Below are positions 10,077-27,053 of a stretch of DNA of 58,709 bases, piece by piece (position 1 is the stretch's first letter; each line of letters starts with the position of its first letter). The position numbers and the translations under genes are program-made. This stretch comes from Polymyxa betae A26-41 (lineage: Eukaryota; Protista; Endomyxa: Phytomyxea), in NCBI GenBank assembly GCA_003693705.1, contig RBZT01000357.1, forward strand, positions 1 through 58,709, written 5' to 3'. Below the pieces are notes generated by a model. The model saw only the letters and a list, made by a program, of their open reading frames with translations, was not told the DNA's origin and did not search any database.

Positions 10077-13000
10077 TTAGCATAGTGATAGATTGAGTTG
10101 CTCTATGCGAGAAACAATAGTTCTCGGTACTCGAATATTAGAGACTGCAGTCATTAATTCGTCACCAGTGATATTCTAGTAGCAATCAGTCTATATTCCA
10201 CTTAAATCAAAAATTACGATGCGATACCTGAACATCTTTGTTCAAAATCAACATACAGCCGTCAAAGCTCTGACCAAATAATCTATCTTGCAGGCAACCC
10301 AGTACAGCAATTGCTACTTTATGAATGGCAAGCTCATGTGGCGTCAGAGTGAAAATCAGATCCCAAGTTCTTGCGGCGGCGTTCAGATTAAGACGTTTGG
10401 TGAATAACTGAGTTGAATATGTTAGCCATAACACATGACAATGAGCTTTGTCTCAAGTACATACTGTCATAAACCACTCCAAAACGTAAAGCTGTGGAGA
10501 TATTCCAACAGCTGCTGAGCCAAAATATTCATAGAGACGAGGTAAACACGACTCCATTAGTAACTGATGCACCTCATATTGAGCCTTCATTGCAATTGAA
10601 TCCATCCGAACAAATGCATGCATAAAGGGCAAGGTCAACAAGTTCGCAAACAAAGTGAAAGCTGTGTAAGGATCCAAATACAGCAACAAGCTGTAATCAG
10701 ATGAACGAGGGAATATATAAGGAACAGATTGTACAAACCTGCCCGCAAGGTAGCTCATCCCTTGGACATAGCCTATATCATATAAGACAAAGAGCAATAA
10801 AACCAATAATTCGTGACCCACCAACGTCAGGGCGATAGCAACAATACGTCTGAAGAAGATTGCGAAGTTCACTGTGTAAAGGCTGTCCTCGGCGAAAGAA
10901 CGCCAAGGTTGGGAAAGTACGGGGCAGGTCAACTTCAATATAATAGATGGTACTCTCTCTTCCTACTGCAAGCGCAGATGAGCTCTGCATTGATCCATGA
11001 ATTTAGAATGTTTGAGAAAGCCGCTGAACTGACATTATGTTGCCCTTGAGCCAATATTTGCTCATGAATACTATGTGCTCGAGTACTGAACACGCTGAAT
11101 AATTCAGTATTGATCAATAAACTGTAGAAGCAAATAAGATTATTAATGACGAACAGGTCTGAAAATACGTATTAGGGATCGCTCGAGGCCAAACAAGTGA
11201 ACGTAATCTTGGAGGAACTCCAGTTCTATAAATCAATTCTTTACGACTTTAGTCGGCTCCATTCACATCTTCATTGAAACCTCACCAAGTGTTCTCTTGA
11301 GATTTCGCCTCCTTGGGAAATCAGGGATAATCTCTGTCAGCCATGTATTAACAGTCGATTCAAGGGCCTGGTCCCTTAAACGTTGCGATTCGATCTGTTT
11401 ATCCCGTTCGCGATCAGCCTGTTGAAGTATTGCATTGGCCTGTATAAAAAATCAGCAAAATATTGATAAATATGGCCAATGTAGAAACCTTCCATTGAAG
11501 CATTGCATGATTCTGGCTATCTTTCATCAATTTCTCACGATACATCTGGCTTATTTTTTGGACCTTCAAAAACATATCTAAGTAAACATGATTACAATAC
11601 ACCCAGTTACCTTCAATCGATCAGACTGGGACAGTATTGGACTAATTGAGATTGATTCTGAAGGAATATCTCTGATACCGCAACAATTATGAATGTTAGA
11701 GAAAGCATAAACAAAGCAAACCTTCGAAAAATAGTTGACATTCGTGCAATTGCACTTTGTGATGATGCATATGATAGAGGTCGGGTGATATCATCTTCTT
11801 CGAACATTAAGGCAACGCCATTCTACAAAGACTGAGAAGGCAAAGAAAGATACAGCATAAGAACATACATCTGTGTCTTCCATGTCAGTGTCTGTTGAAG
11901 CTCCAATAGCAAAATGACTTTCAGAAGAGTCCAAGGGAATGATACGATTCGATAAAGCAATAGTGACAGAGCCACCACAAAACACAGCCTTTACCTAAAG
12001 AGAAACACTAAATGAAGCTGTGATTTAACGTGACAATCACAAACCTGTTTCCCTGACAAACAATCCACTAATCTAGGCTCATTTCGAGAAGTGAAATCCC
12101 CCAAACCAAGCTGCCCGGAAAAATTCAGTCCTACAGTTAAATTAGAACTGCCATACAAAATGAGGAGAGCAGTGTCATATAAATACCGAATGTGTATAAT
12201 TGTGCAAGATTTGATATAACAGCAGTGTGAAAAGCACCACAAACGACGTATTTAGCTTGAAATCCACTTGTTAAGATTTTACAAGGTGTCCATGATATGA
12301 TATTAGATATTGCAATCTGGCCCTGCTCATTGCTTCCCCATCCATACAAACTTCCATCACTAGTTGCACACACAGAATGATAGTATCCACATGAAGCCTA
12401 ATTACAAAATTAATTGTCTGGATAACATTTTATAAAAAGCAGAACATCGTTCTTACGCTGGCAATCTGAATGTCAGAATCAAACATTACACGTTTAGCTT
12501 CAATAACAGTATCGTGTTCACATCCAATACCAAGACATCCCTGATAGTATTCAGATATTACCGACATAATGGACAGATTTGAACAACTTGCTTATTAATT
12601 CCCCAACTATAAAGCAATCCATCTTCAGTGATTGCCAATGAATGATAAGAGCCAGAGCTTATATCAATGACTTTACAAGGTAGACATTGAACCAAGTCAA
12701 TATCGACACCGCTATTTGATGGGGAAGAACGGCCAAGACATTGAAAAGCGCTGCCCCAGGACCAAATTTGTCCATGGCCTTAGAAAGTAAATGCAGAGCT
12801 GTAATCATTACTTAAAAACATACTTGTTAGCGCCAGAGAAAAAGCTGATCCACATGTAACTTTGATAACAGAGCAACTTAAAACTGGTAGCTTTATAGGA
12901 CTCCAATAACCAGGTAAATCGTATGGCATTGACCAAATACAACCCAAGTCTGTCCAGAGCGATTAGTGTTAAAAATTCACCGAAAATGTTTACCATCAAC

Positions 13001-13400
13001 AGCAATAACATTGCGTTTGTTTGCAGCAACAGCATTTACTATATGTGAAGCGGGTAATGGAATTGAAGTGAATTCAGCGTGCTTTAAGGAATTCGATAGC
13101 GACATAGGAGTTGTTAACGAGGAGCCAAAACGTTCTTCTGGTAAAGCAAAAATATGCCATTGCAGAAGTTCTCCAGATCCTAAATCTACCAGTCATTTGC
13201 AGATGGTTGGGACATTATGCTTCAATACCAGCTACAAGATAGGCTCGATTGTGGACACAAGCAATCTGAGAGCAATGCTGCTTATGATGCTGAATGAGGA
13301 TTGGAGTGGGTGTGAATGAACCTCCACAGACCCACAAGAAATCACATTGATCAGGTTCTGAGTCATTACCAGTCTGTCTCTCTGATAAACAAGCCGTCAT
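10077..13400 (-). CDS. Multi-exon protein with N-terminal RCC1-like repeats and a C-terminal TBC (RabGAP) domain, TBC1D12/14-like
   Basis: RCC1 repeats (DGSLYGWGSNEQGQI, VVCGAFHTA, GLNFSGQLGLGDFTSRNEPRLV). TBC motifs IEVDLPRTF (Arg finger), YRPDV-GYVQGMSYL (Gln finger), YVLEWFMT and RTWD. Confidence 0.8.
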
Positions 13401-13511
13401 GTGCTGTCTATCTCTGCATATCTAATCAATGCGCTCATGTCCTCTAATCAATAAAACCAAACACCGAGACCGGTACTGGACATTTCAAATCGTACATTTA
13501 TTTACATCTGT

Positions 13512-16976
<3,465 letters not shown>

Positions 16977-17341
16977 AGCCTGACATTGGTTTACAGTCTG
17001 AAACGAATTAGAAAAAAATAAATCACAAGAAAGACTAATCTACATGTGCAGATAGTGGCGGAACCTGACGATGTATATAGGTTTTTTGCAGAGCCGGATT
17101 ACGATCTGGTGTTGGTTTAAAGCAACTTATACATTCCTGATTCCAATCGTGAATAGATTGGAAATACTTGTTGAAACAGTCATAAGATGACTGTAAATGC
17201 ATCAAAAGAAAGGGACTTGGCGCACTCTATCGCATCATCTGTTAATTAAGCAATCCCTCATCACTTCATCAGATGAATACGTTTGCTGAAATTTTAGCAA
17301 TTATCGATATTGCATGAATTTTATTTTTAGAAAGAGCAGAC

Positions 17342-17707
17342 TCAATGAATGTGATGGTGTTCATGATGACCGTCATCGTGAAAGCCATTATCATGGCCGA
17401 TCGAATCAATATCGTCTTCGATATTGTGAAAGTCGTGATGAACCTCATCAAAAGCATTGTTTTCATGTTCGAGATCATCGAAATGCTCGTGATTGCCGTC
17501 AATGTGTAACATCTGGTGGTGCATCATATGGAATGATGGATTCGTTGGCGAGAAGTTCGCGCGCCCTCTTTTCAGCGGAATGCTTCCAGTTATCGACGAT
17601 GCAGTAGATGACACAGATGGTGCAGTAGGTTGTCCTTGGACGATCGACATCAGAATCATTTCAGACAACAGGCAGATGGCAATGAAGAAACTTGACGAAG
17701 TCGTCAT
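17342..17707 (-). CDS. Small putatively secreted His/Asp-rich protein (121 aa, intronless)
   Basis: Hydrophobic N-terminus MTTSSSFFIAICLLSEMILMSIVQG resembles a signal peptide; Ser/Thr/Pro linker; C-terminal half rich in His and acidic residues, ending HHEHHHIH. Confidence 0.7.
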   Translation of the reverse strand: MTTSSSFFIAICLLSEMILMSIVQGQPTAPSVSSTASSITGSIPLKRGRANFSPTNPSFHMMHHQMLHIDGNHEHFDDLEHENNAFDEVHHDFHNIEDDIDSIGHDNGFHDDGHHEHHHIH

Positions 17708-18007
17708 CCTTGGAATTGCTGTGGTTTACAGAAGACGAACCTTTCGAGAATGAGGATCCACCAGTTCCGATTCCAATTGAGATTTAATCTCAATGCATCA
17801 CGTTCCTGATCGGAAGGTGACGTCACCATAGAATCGGATGATCATCATTTGCTGAGAAATTGCTAACTATGAATGCTGGTGATGTTGGAGTAGTTACGTA
17901 ACATTAATTCCGTATGCTTCTGTAGTGTCCCTTCAATAATGAGACCCTGATTCTAATTAATTGCTGACCTCCTATTGATTTAGCGGCATTTATCTATATG
18001 CACTGCA

Positions 18008-21000
18008 ATGTCTGATAGTCCTCACATTGTATCTCCTTCTACAAGTATGTCTGCACACTGGATTCAGAAGCAGAATATCAACCTTTCGTTTAGGATCTCC
18101 TTCCCCTACTAATAGGTCTATGCCAACAGTTTTAATCGAAACACAACAGCATCAGCGTCAAACCGGTGCACACGATGATCTTGTCAATGGATTAGGCTTA
18201 AATTCTAACATTTCCAATGAAACAGATTATGGCGATCTTAATTGGGACGATCGACTAATTTCCAATTTACAATTGGAATCGGACGCCCAAAGCACACCTG
18301 TAGTGTCTAATGTCGATCCTCTTTTGGTTCCTTCTCCAAAAGGGGACAAACAAAGTATTTCTGCTTCCCAACCAATCAACGAGTCGTTCGGGTTTTCCTC
18401 GTATTTTGGCGGCAACGATTCTGCTCAACAGGATAGTGATGTGTTTTGCTATGATTACAGTGCCCAATATTCTACACAAAACGATCAGAATCAGTCTTAT
18501 GAAACGATAAATGATTATATTCATCAGGTTTCCTACATTGTCTAACGAAGAAAAAGTCTCAGTTCATTTCCAGGAACCGTTTTCCACTCTACATGAATCG
18601 GTTTATCACGATAACAATAGTTCTGATTATTTCAGTACAGAGTATCAGCAGACGTAGGTCTATAACTGAAGTCATTTTGAAGTATTAATCATGTTGACAG
18701 TGGCGACGCTGGATTTAATCAAAGCGTAAGTATCATCAAATCCTAGTTCAATCATAATTCTGACTGCTGTTTGTAAAGAATTTCCAAGAATACTATTTTC
18801 CTCAGGAAACCTATAATCAAGAAACACGAGTAAGTGAGATCTGAATATGGTTTTTTGTTTGACCCTCGTGGTATCAGTTTGTGGCCAATAATATTCAAAC
18901 CAATGAGGATCTGCATGAGTACTGGACCCAAACAGAATATTTCAACGAGACCGAGTATTATAACGTTGACCTCAATGCTCCATGCAGCCATTCGTTGTCA
19001 CACTTTCAAAACACTGGTCATTTACGACCCCGAAATCTTTGTAGGCCTCCCGAACCTCACCCTATTGTATCCTTTGCATTTGGTAGGTTCTCTTCCGTTA
19101 GGGTTGGCCTGATTTTTAGAGCTGCATAGGTGGTAAAATAATGCTTAGTATTGTTAAGACTTCATCATCCAGAAATTGCACTGTAATGTGAGTCCGATTC
19201 TCCACTCTAAAATGCTTCCAATCTCACTGAGTCACTGTTAAAATATCTAGGCAAGATATAGAGATTACACTTCGACCTGGCAAAATTCGTGTATGTCCTC
19301 TTCTTTCTATACTTAAGAATACAACGCTGGAGAGATGTATCAAAGAATTCCCTGGTCCGTTTCGCGCTTCTTTTGGGCTCGTCTAAAACCGTCGCTTAGG
19401 CCCGATATCTTCTTCCACTAACATATCCTCCATCTGCCAGAACCAGCTAACGTTTTGCCATAGTATCCAACTATTATGGAAATTGGTGGACGTTCTTGCC
19501 AGTAATAAAGGATCGTGGAATGCAGAAAGAGTCTAGTTCTGTAAATCACTTTCACTCCAGATTGTGCTGAAAGGTTTTAGGTGACATCGCTGTTAACTCC
19601 AAGTGCTGAAACGATTAGCCATGATGCATATCTTGGTTCAAGAAGCAACTTCTGTACAACTCCATGCTTAACACAGCCTCCGTCCTCGCTTAAAGTTAAT
19701 GATGATGACATTGTTTATCTTCAGTCACTTGTCACTGCAGGCAAGCATACCGAAGCTGCTGATTTTGCTGCTAAAAAAGGTCTAGTAGTCTGTTTTGATG
19801 TATTGTGTTGAGGAACTCTTTTTTTAGGATTATGGTCACATGCCCTCATCATCTCATTAAATTCTGATGCGGGAATTCATTCTTCCATCATTCAGCGTTA
19901 TCGAGACAGCTTCCTCGTTCCTGGCTCGCAACTTCATACAGTGTATAGGTCCTTGTGCTGGTTTTCCCCTATTTACATTTTAACGTGCTATCATGGTAGT
20001 GTTTTGGCTCACTGTCCAATTCAATCAACAGAATCTTGGAAGGAGAACTTGGCAGCATTGTTTAACATTCCAAAAGGCAGCGTGCCAATTTTCCAAGTAA
20101 ATTTCGTTCAATTCCTTGTCTCGGATCTTGATTTTTGTTGACTACCTAGCTTGGCGAGCTCCTTCTAGCTGAGGGCAATATTGAAGCTGCTCATGCTTGC
20201 TTCTTACTGTCTGGTAGACTTGGTAATAAGAGATGATATTAGTGGTGCAATACTTGACATCTTGCTTCTAGAGAAAATCTGGTTGCTTGGATTAGGAGAA
20301 CAATCGTCTAGGATCTTCCAATGCCCATATCCGTATGCTGTTCAGCTCACAGAATGCTTTGAAAATTCAGGTTTGGTCCCAGGGCTCTTTTGTTTTACCG
20401 TTAGCACTGATTGTTTTAGTTCGTCAAAAGGATTCCAGCTTCGTTTTGGAGACCCTTGTATATGCTAAGTTTGCGTATGCCTGTCTGTTGATAGATTTGG
20501 GTTTGAACAACATTGCTTTTCGATATCTCGGTGCTGTGTCACGCTCTATCGCTGATTTGACAAAACCCAAAAGAAATACATTTCCTGAAAAATTCTGTCT
20601 CGCAGTCAAAAAAGTCGATCATTTGCTGTCCCAAATAGCATCTCGAGGTAAAGAGCATACGTTGTGCCCTTCTTGGACATTCATTCAAGAGATTAGATAA
20701 TAGATCTGAAAGCTCTGGCGTCTTGGGATCTATTTTTAACAATATCTCCAAGCTACTAATTGGGAAAGAAGAGCTTGATATACCTGTGCCCCCAATGCAG
20801 CCTAAGATCAACAGCTCCCATGTTTCTGAGCCTACAGTTCCCGATCCTCCCAGTTCGTATTGAGTAATCCTTTTTGTTTCGATGTTGATGGGTTCCAGAA
20901 ATCGAAAAGGCCGATGGAAGCACTGAGCCTCTGAAGGACCGCATTCTATCGAAACTGACTGGGTTTTTTCGAAGTCGTAATCCCTCTCCAACTGGCGACC

Positions 21001-21582
21001 TATCAGAATTCGAAGAGGAAGAGAAATTTCATTGGGACCCGGTTACAAAGAAATGGGTATGGGCGAAGCGCCAAACTTTTAGGTATCGAAGCTCACTATT
21101 CTGAACATATAGATATCAAATCTTACTGGCCCGCCGCAACCTATCGAACCTCAGAGACAGGAGACGGTAATAACCCGACCTCCATTTCTAAACCCTCTTC
21201 CAAACGCATCGCAATCGCAATTACCAAGAAGCTCTCTACGACGAACCGACATTAACTCTAGATATGCATTAGAAGAGAGGCAGCGTTCTTTACCTCCAGA
21301 TCCAGGTAAACTACACTCTCATCAAATCATATCGCTCGTGACAATGTTCTAGCCCATCAAATTATGCAATCCGATGTAAATTACAAATTCAACTCGGAAG
21401 ATTCTGACAGCGCTGCATTTACTGGCACCGCCTCTGTTCGCCCTGCCCTGCAACCACGTTTTCCTTCATCAACATGTTTGCCCAGGGCTCCACATCGTCC
21501 ATTTCAGAGGTAACGTTTTGTAATGGGTACTTGTTGTCTCCAGCTTAGTTGTTACAGGCCTGGACCCTCTGGCACTAGCTAA
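18008..21582 (+). CDS. SEC16: COPII scaffold Sec16-like protein, multi-exon
   Basis: PHPIVSFAFG, FPGP, LWSHALIIS, SWKENLA, LGELLLAEGNIEAAHACFLL, QLTECFE, KFAYACLLIDLG and C-terminal FHWDPVTKKW; low-complexity N-terminus. Confidence 0.8.
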
Positions 21583-21868
21583 CACTGATATCATCCTGAC
21601 TAATCGATCTACAATACAATCCTAAACTTTGTAAATCAAAAACAAGTACTTTAATTAAATCAGGTTTTAACGTATCACAACTGTCATCGTGCGGTAGTAG
21701 CCTAATTCTCCAGATTTAGCACATTGTAATAGGTAAAAGAAGATTGGTTCGTAATGCAGGAAATGTGGGCGGGTAGTGGAATAATTTCATTGCGCACTTA
21801 TTTCTGGATCTAATGACCACAAACAAACTCTACCAATCTGGCCATCACAGAGACACTGTTTAGTAATC

Positions 21869-22576
21869 ATGTCTCTTCATGATGATCTGATATCATCGCT
21901 GGGTTTTGAATCCGTCAATGAGTTACGACAAGCTTACCAGGCTGCTCGGTCACTTATAACCGACGTCTTATCCCAGCTGACACAGACAGGGGTGAAGGTT
22001 GTTTATGTATCAGCGGATCAAGCTAGATCTGCTGGTGTCTTACCTGCAACTTCAACTCAACCAAATAATCGTGATATTTGCTCAGATCAAACGAACGAAA
22101 ACGAACAAGCGTTTTCTAGGCTTGATGACTCCGACCCTTCAGCATCGGATGGCAGCCTTTCAAAGAAGCAAACGACCAAGCTCCAGACATTAGCTATGGA
22201 GTTAACTTACATTATTCAGACTCAGCCAAATTTGGAAATGGATTTATCTACTGTTCCTTTGCAATATAAGAAGCATTTCGGTTGCGATATGGATTGTTTG
22301 GGATACCCGAGGTTATTGCAGTTGGTCAAGGCCATCGCCAGCGTCAATCCACAGATTAAAACTATACAACGGGGCACCGTTCACTTTATATCCTGTCAAG
22401 ATTCTGATGCAAGGCAACCGAAAAGGCCCAGGCAAGATGTCGTCTATTGTGCGCATTTCAACAGGAAAAATGGGTGCCGATATACGAATAGCAACCAGAT
22501 GTGTGCCTATGAGCATGCTTGTGATACATGTGGGGATCCATCTCATGGTAGACCAACGTGTCCATATGCTACTTGA
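21869..22576 (+). CDS. Intronless 235-aa protein with an OST-HTH/LOTUS-like domain and C-terminal CCCH plus CCHC zinc fingers
   Basis: MDLSTVPLQYKKHFGCDMDCLGYPRLLQLVKAI matches the LOTUS pattern (L..l...Y...fG..l....GF..L..ll). CAHFNRKNGC...CAYEH is followed by CDTCGDPSHGRPTC. Confidence 0.75.
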   Translation: MSLHDDLISSLGFESVNELRQAYQAARSLITDVLSQLTQTGVKVVYVSADQARSAGVLPATSTQPNNRDICSDQTNENEQAFSRLDDSDPSASDGSLSKKQTTKLQTLAMELTYIIQTQPNLEMDLSTVPLQYKKHFGCDMDCLGYPRLLQLVKAIASVNPQIKTIQRGTVHFISCQDSDARQPKRPRQDVVYCAHFNRKNGCRYTNSNQMCAYEHACDTCGDPSHGRPTCPYAT

Positions 22577-22794
22577 ACGGTTATTGTTGCTCCCATAGAC
22601 ACAAAAAAAAATGTTAATTTACCATTCTAATTTATTAAATGGAACTTGTTTAACTTGTCAGCAAATCGGTTGTATTACGAAGTTTTCCGAAGAAAACTGA
22701 CGACCAATCTGAAGCAATAAATTCTGCAATTTGCAGGTCGGAAGACTGCGTGAAGAACGTCCTACGGTATGATTCGAAAGTCCTTCGTCTGGCA

Positions 22795-23549
22795 ATGCTT
22801 GCTGATCATGAAGCCATTCATATCTCTGCTACTCTTCGAACTTCATTGATACCAGATCTGTTCACAGAACTGCTAAATATTTTGCCTCGAGGCTTTATCC
22901 AGAATCTGGCCCAATATCTTGGCTATCATGATGCTGTACAACTTCTGAACGTCAATCGCACGATCAACGATCTCGCTTATGATTATATCGATCAGCTCTA
23001 TGGCCAGTACGACGTATGTCGAAACAGCAATAGGCTTCGTGTTACCCATACAAAAATTGGTTTTGTTGATGGGCTCGAAGCTCCTCACTTCTCTGATATC
23101 GACCCGACGCTGCAGGATTATTTTGAAAAGTCATTCAGTGACTCTATTTCCTCCGAGTTAATGGTAGGTAATCTTCACGGTCAGCTCAGGTAGGCGACTC
23201 GAGATCATCTGATATGCAACATCGTAAATAATTTTCCAGTGCGTATTCCCTTCTGTTACCTTCAAAACATCCGCTTTCTGCTTCCATCAATGATCTCAAT
23301 AGGTCTATAAATAACCAGGTACTTATCATTATATTTCTTGGAAGATTTCATGTATAAGTTTTTAGTCGCATGATAAATATCCATGGATTGTTTATGAGGA
23401 TGGCAGTGGGTACACTGAATCCGGTCAATGCTTCGCTGCTATCGAAACTGCCCTATCCATAATTATAGACAGAATCTAAATTCATAACATCACAATACAA
23501 TGAATACGTTGTTTTGATTATACAGATCTGGTCAATGTTTATCGTATGA
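22795..23549 (+). CDS. Hypothetical protein with an F-box-like N-terminal motif, multi-exon
   Basis: LLNILPRGFIQNLAQYLGYHDAVQLLNVNRTI resembles an F-box; plausible in-frame GT-AG splicing downstream. Ends uncertain. Confidence 0.45.
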
Positions 23550-23665
23550 TTCCTAACAGAATTTGATTATTCAATGAGAAGTGCGTCATGACGGGGCTCT
23601 CTTTAAACACTCTCCCTCTCCAATCTTGTGCATCCATCTGATCGCCTATCAGGATTGGCTTCATT

Positions 23666-25698
23666 ATGCAAGTTCACAATTCTCGAAAACAGTTTGACAT
23701 ACTTGATCATTATGGGTCTTCCACAGTTCAACCTTACTCCTCTGTACCATTGAGTTTCTATACACAGCCACCTTTTGGACCTGTCACACTTCAAGAATTC
23801 GAGTCGTATGCTTTTGACCGACTCATACGTAATATATAATTCGCAATTTGAACTGTTTATTGATTTGGCTGTAGTACTGAAAGAGCTCGAAGCAATTCGT
23901 GCAAAAGGTGGCCCGGAAGCAGAGCAACGACGTGAGATTGAGTTGGCGGAGAAGAAATTTCAAAAGGAGAGCGCCAATGAAGGCCAAACACGAATACTTT
24001 ATAGAGAGGCCTATATTCGTAAAGATGAATTATCTCACTTCACGTTGAGATTGGCATTCTGTCATTCAGAAGTAATTATATTAATTGTTGCTTGCTATTA
24101 GCGTTTATCTAATCATATCTATTAGGAGTTAAGAAGTTGGTTTCGGCGAATCGAATCTGATTTATTCAAGTAGTCCTTTGCTGTCATTACTACTTCTTTA
24201 TCTGATGATTTGGTAGGTTTCGCTTTGAGTCGTCCACAGAAGAGCAACAGCGGCAGTTTCTTGAAAGTAATCGAATCAAATTTGACGAAGTACTAGAAAA
24301 AATTGGTTTAAATCTGTCATCTGAGGCTGTGCAGGTTCGAGGTGAGGAGATGAAGCAGATCGAACCGATGCTGTTGCAGACCTCAACATATTCTAAAGGA
24401 CGACTTGTTTACAAAGTAGAATCTTAACTCAAAATCTCTTCAGTTTTCATCTTTATTCAGGTTAATTTTATTGAAGCTCTTGATTTGATCTCTAGACGGC
24501 GGGTTTATGTTAAGCGAGGTAAATACGATGTGCAAATATTTGAAGTTAGCTTGCCATTTCTCATGTGTTCAGGTATTGCATACATTCCTAAATCTGAACT
24601 TGTGTTTCTGATCTCAACACGATTCCGTTCGTTCCTCTCCAAGTCTTTAATGACAGCCTTGCATGCAATCGGCACTAAACACTATGACCCAAGATTAGGT
24701 TAATATTTGGTCGTAACAATTTCTGAACTTCTTTTAAGCGGATGATTAGAGAGCTTGTTGCTGAATCTCAGCACAACTGATATGACTCCCTCCTATCAGT
24801 CGAAATATATTGCCGGATCTGTGAAACCTGAACACGTCGCTGGACTCGCTGTTCGTAAAGTTGTATGGTGAACTGCAATGTGCCCTTATCTGTATGTTAG
24901 GAAACATCATTCCCACTGTGTATGCAGCATTTACATGAGGCTCTCATTCGGGACCACCATTTAAGATATGGCGGCCGTCAGCAATTCGGTTTGTTTCTTA
25001 AAGGTGTTGGGTTATCGCTTGAAGATGCACTCCAATATTTCAAAACGGTCAGTAATCAGCGTTTACAATTGCTGTCTTAGACCTCTTCAATATTTTACAG
25101 ATTTTTTCAAAAAGACCATCTTCGCAAAACTTCGATAAAGCTTATGCCTATAACATTCGCCATAATTATGGTAAAGAAGGAAAACGAGTTGACTACACTC
25201 CGCATTCTTGTCGTCAGATTATTAATGGAACTGTGCCTGGACATGGCGTACACCGTTTTTACAAAATTTACTAACTTATCTGATATAAGCACAGGAATAT
25301 CATGGATGTCCATTCCGTCATTTCGATAAAGACCATCTAAATGCCAAGTTGAGGCACAGAAAAGTTCAAGATCGTGATATTCAATTAATGTACTGTATCG
25401 ATATATCTCTCTCATCGGTGGCTGAGAATTCTGCATTTAGTGTGAAGTTCGTTGAAGAGAAACATTACCAGTTGGCATGTAAAGAGTATTTTAGAGTCGT
25501 TCATAATGGAGTAGTTGGAGACAAAGTAAGTGTGATGAGGAATAATTGCTGATTTAATATCTGCCTAAGGTTGGAAATCATCCGAACGAGTATTTCGACG
25601 AGAGTACTGCTATATTGGAAGGAAGAACAGGACGTAGATTAGTGAGTGAGAATCCATCTAACCAGGACGATAGAGGTGATGCCATGGAGATTGCTTAA
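23666..25698 (+). CDS. PRIM2: DNA primase large subunit, multi-exon
   Basis: FYTQPP...[79 protein letters not shown] and HPNEYF (4Fe-4S cysteines present). Confidence 0.96.
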
Positions 25699-25779
25699 TT
25701 TCATTGTGTATAAATGACGTCAACCTGTTGTAATCGCTTGACGGCACCTGGTGGATTGCTCTAGGAGTGTATTGATCAT

Positions 25780-26515
25780 TTAACATTCATACAAAGATCC
25801 ACCTCGGTTCTTATTATTTTTCATACTCTCTTTGTGAGCTTGGTACGTTAAGCGAAATCCATCACCAAGATTAAGAAGGCTCTTCCATTGCTTGCCGATG
25901 CTCATGACGGCAGCTTCGTCACTTGCTGTTGTTGTCCAGAGAGCAATCCGATCTTTCTGAGGTCGGACACTAATAACAGCACCACAGATTTGGTCGTTAT
26001 ATTCGTGGAAATTCTCACCAATCATTGCCTAAACGCGATCAATTTCCCATTCAGTATGCAGGAAGGAAATCATTTCATACCATGACGGTATAGAGCCAGA
26101 TTTCATTCAATTTCTGCACCATCTGTCTTTGTACCGACAATACCCATTTACCACCGGCTTCATTTCGAGCATCTTCCCATTCAGGCTTCGTGCCAGATCG
26201 AAAAACATGATAATACGAGCCTTGCATTAACCGCGAACTAAAGCACACCGTTTACAAAACCCATACTGATAAACAAATTACATACGGTGGGACAATATTG
26301 TTGAAAAGGGACCAGAATCCTCCAACTGAATCGAATGAATAGAGCTGGAACAAGGTCTCACCCCAGACAACAGGTTTCGTCTTTGAAGGAGCATCATACC
26401 AGACGGTCCATGAATCCTGAAGTGGCAGATCTTCACTAGACGTTACGTTATTATTGGCGTTGGTAGCCGGACTAATCTGCTGTTCCTGTTGAGAAGTGGT
26501 TGTGATGTCAGCCAT
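25780..26515 (-). CDS. eIF4E: Translation initiation factor eIF4E (class I-like), spliced
   Basis: PLQDSWTVWYD, FWSLFNNI, KPEWED, GGKW, MIGE, ICGAVISVR and IALW. Confidence 0.96.
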
Positions 26516-27053
26516 GATACCGAAGACAACAATGTCGAAACAGCCCAATCTCAAGCAAGGCACAAGTCCGTAGACGGACTCCTTTCAATTTCTAAAATAT
26601 CTATTCACCTGTGTCGATGTATTTCTTTCCTTTATACAGAGCTTACCAGATATTTTACTCCCATTACCATTATTTTCAAAACCTGACAGTACTTAAAAAA
26701 AAATTGTTCGGAACGTTGCTTGGAAAAGCCAACTCAGAATGCGGTGCATATGGACGTACATTTGAATCAGGTCAAGGAAACGTGACTGCTTATCGTACGA
26801 TAGCATTGATAGATTTCAAAGGATAATTTCAATGTCTCTATATCTAACGGGTATGTTCGCCTACCATAGGCACAATGCTGGTCTCATTGCAGGGAACAAC
26901 TGTCCGTCCGTCCGTTTATAAACAAATATGGATAAAGAAGTCGTAGATAGAGAGGGAGAGATGATGTGAATATACAAGTGTACCTGAAATGTGAATGGGT
27001 CAGGTCGAGATCATACACTGACTGGTACATGACTACTTCCATTTGTATAAGTC

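Noticed and set aside
26690-27000. GTCC and GA microsatellite-like runs between eIF4E and CCDC40
   Set aside because: Too short; no TIR or TSD found; likely ordinary divergent promoter DNA.
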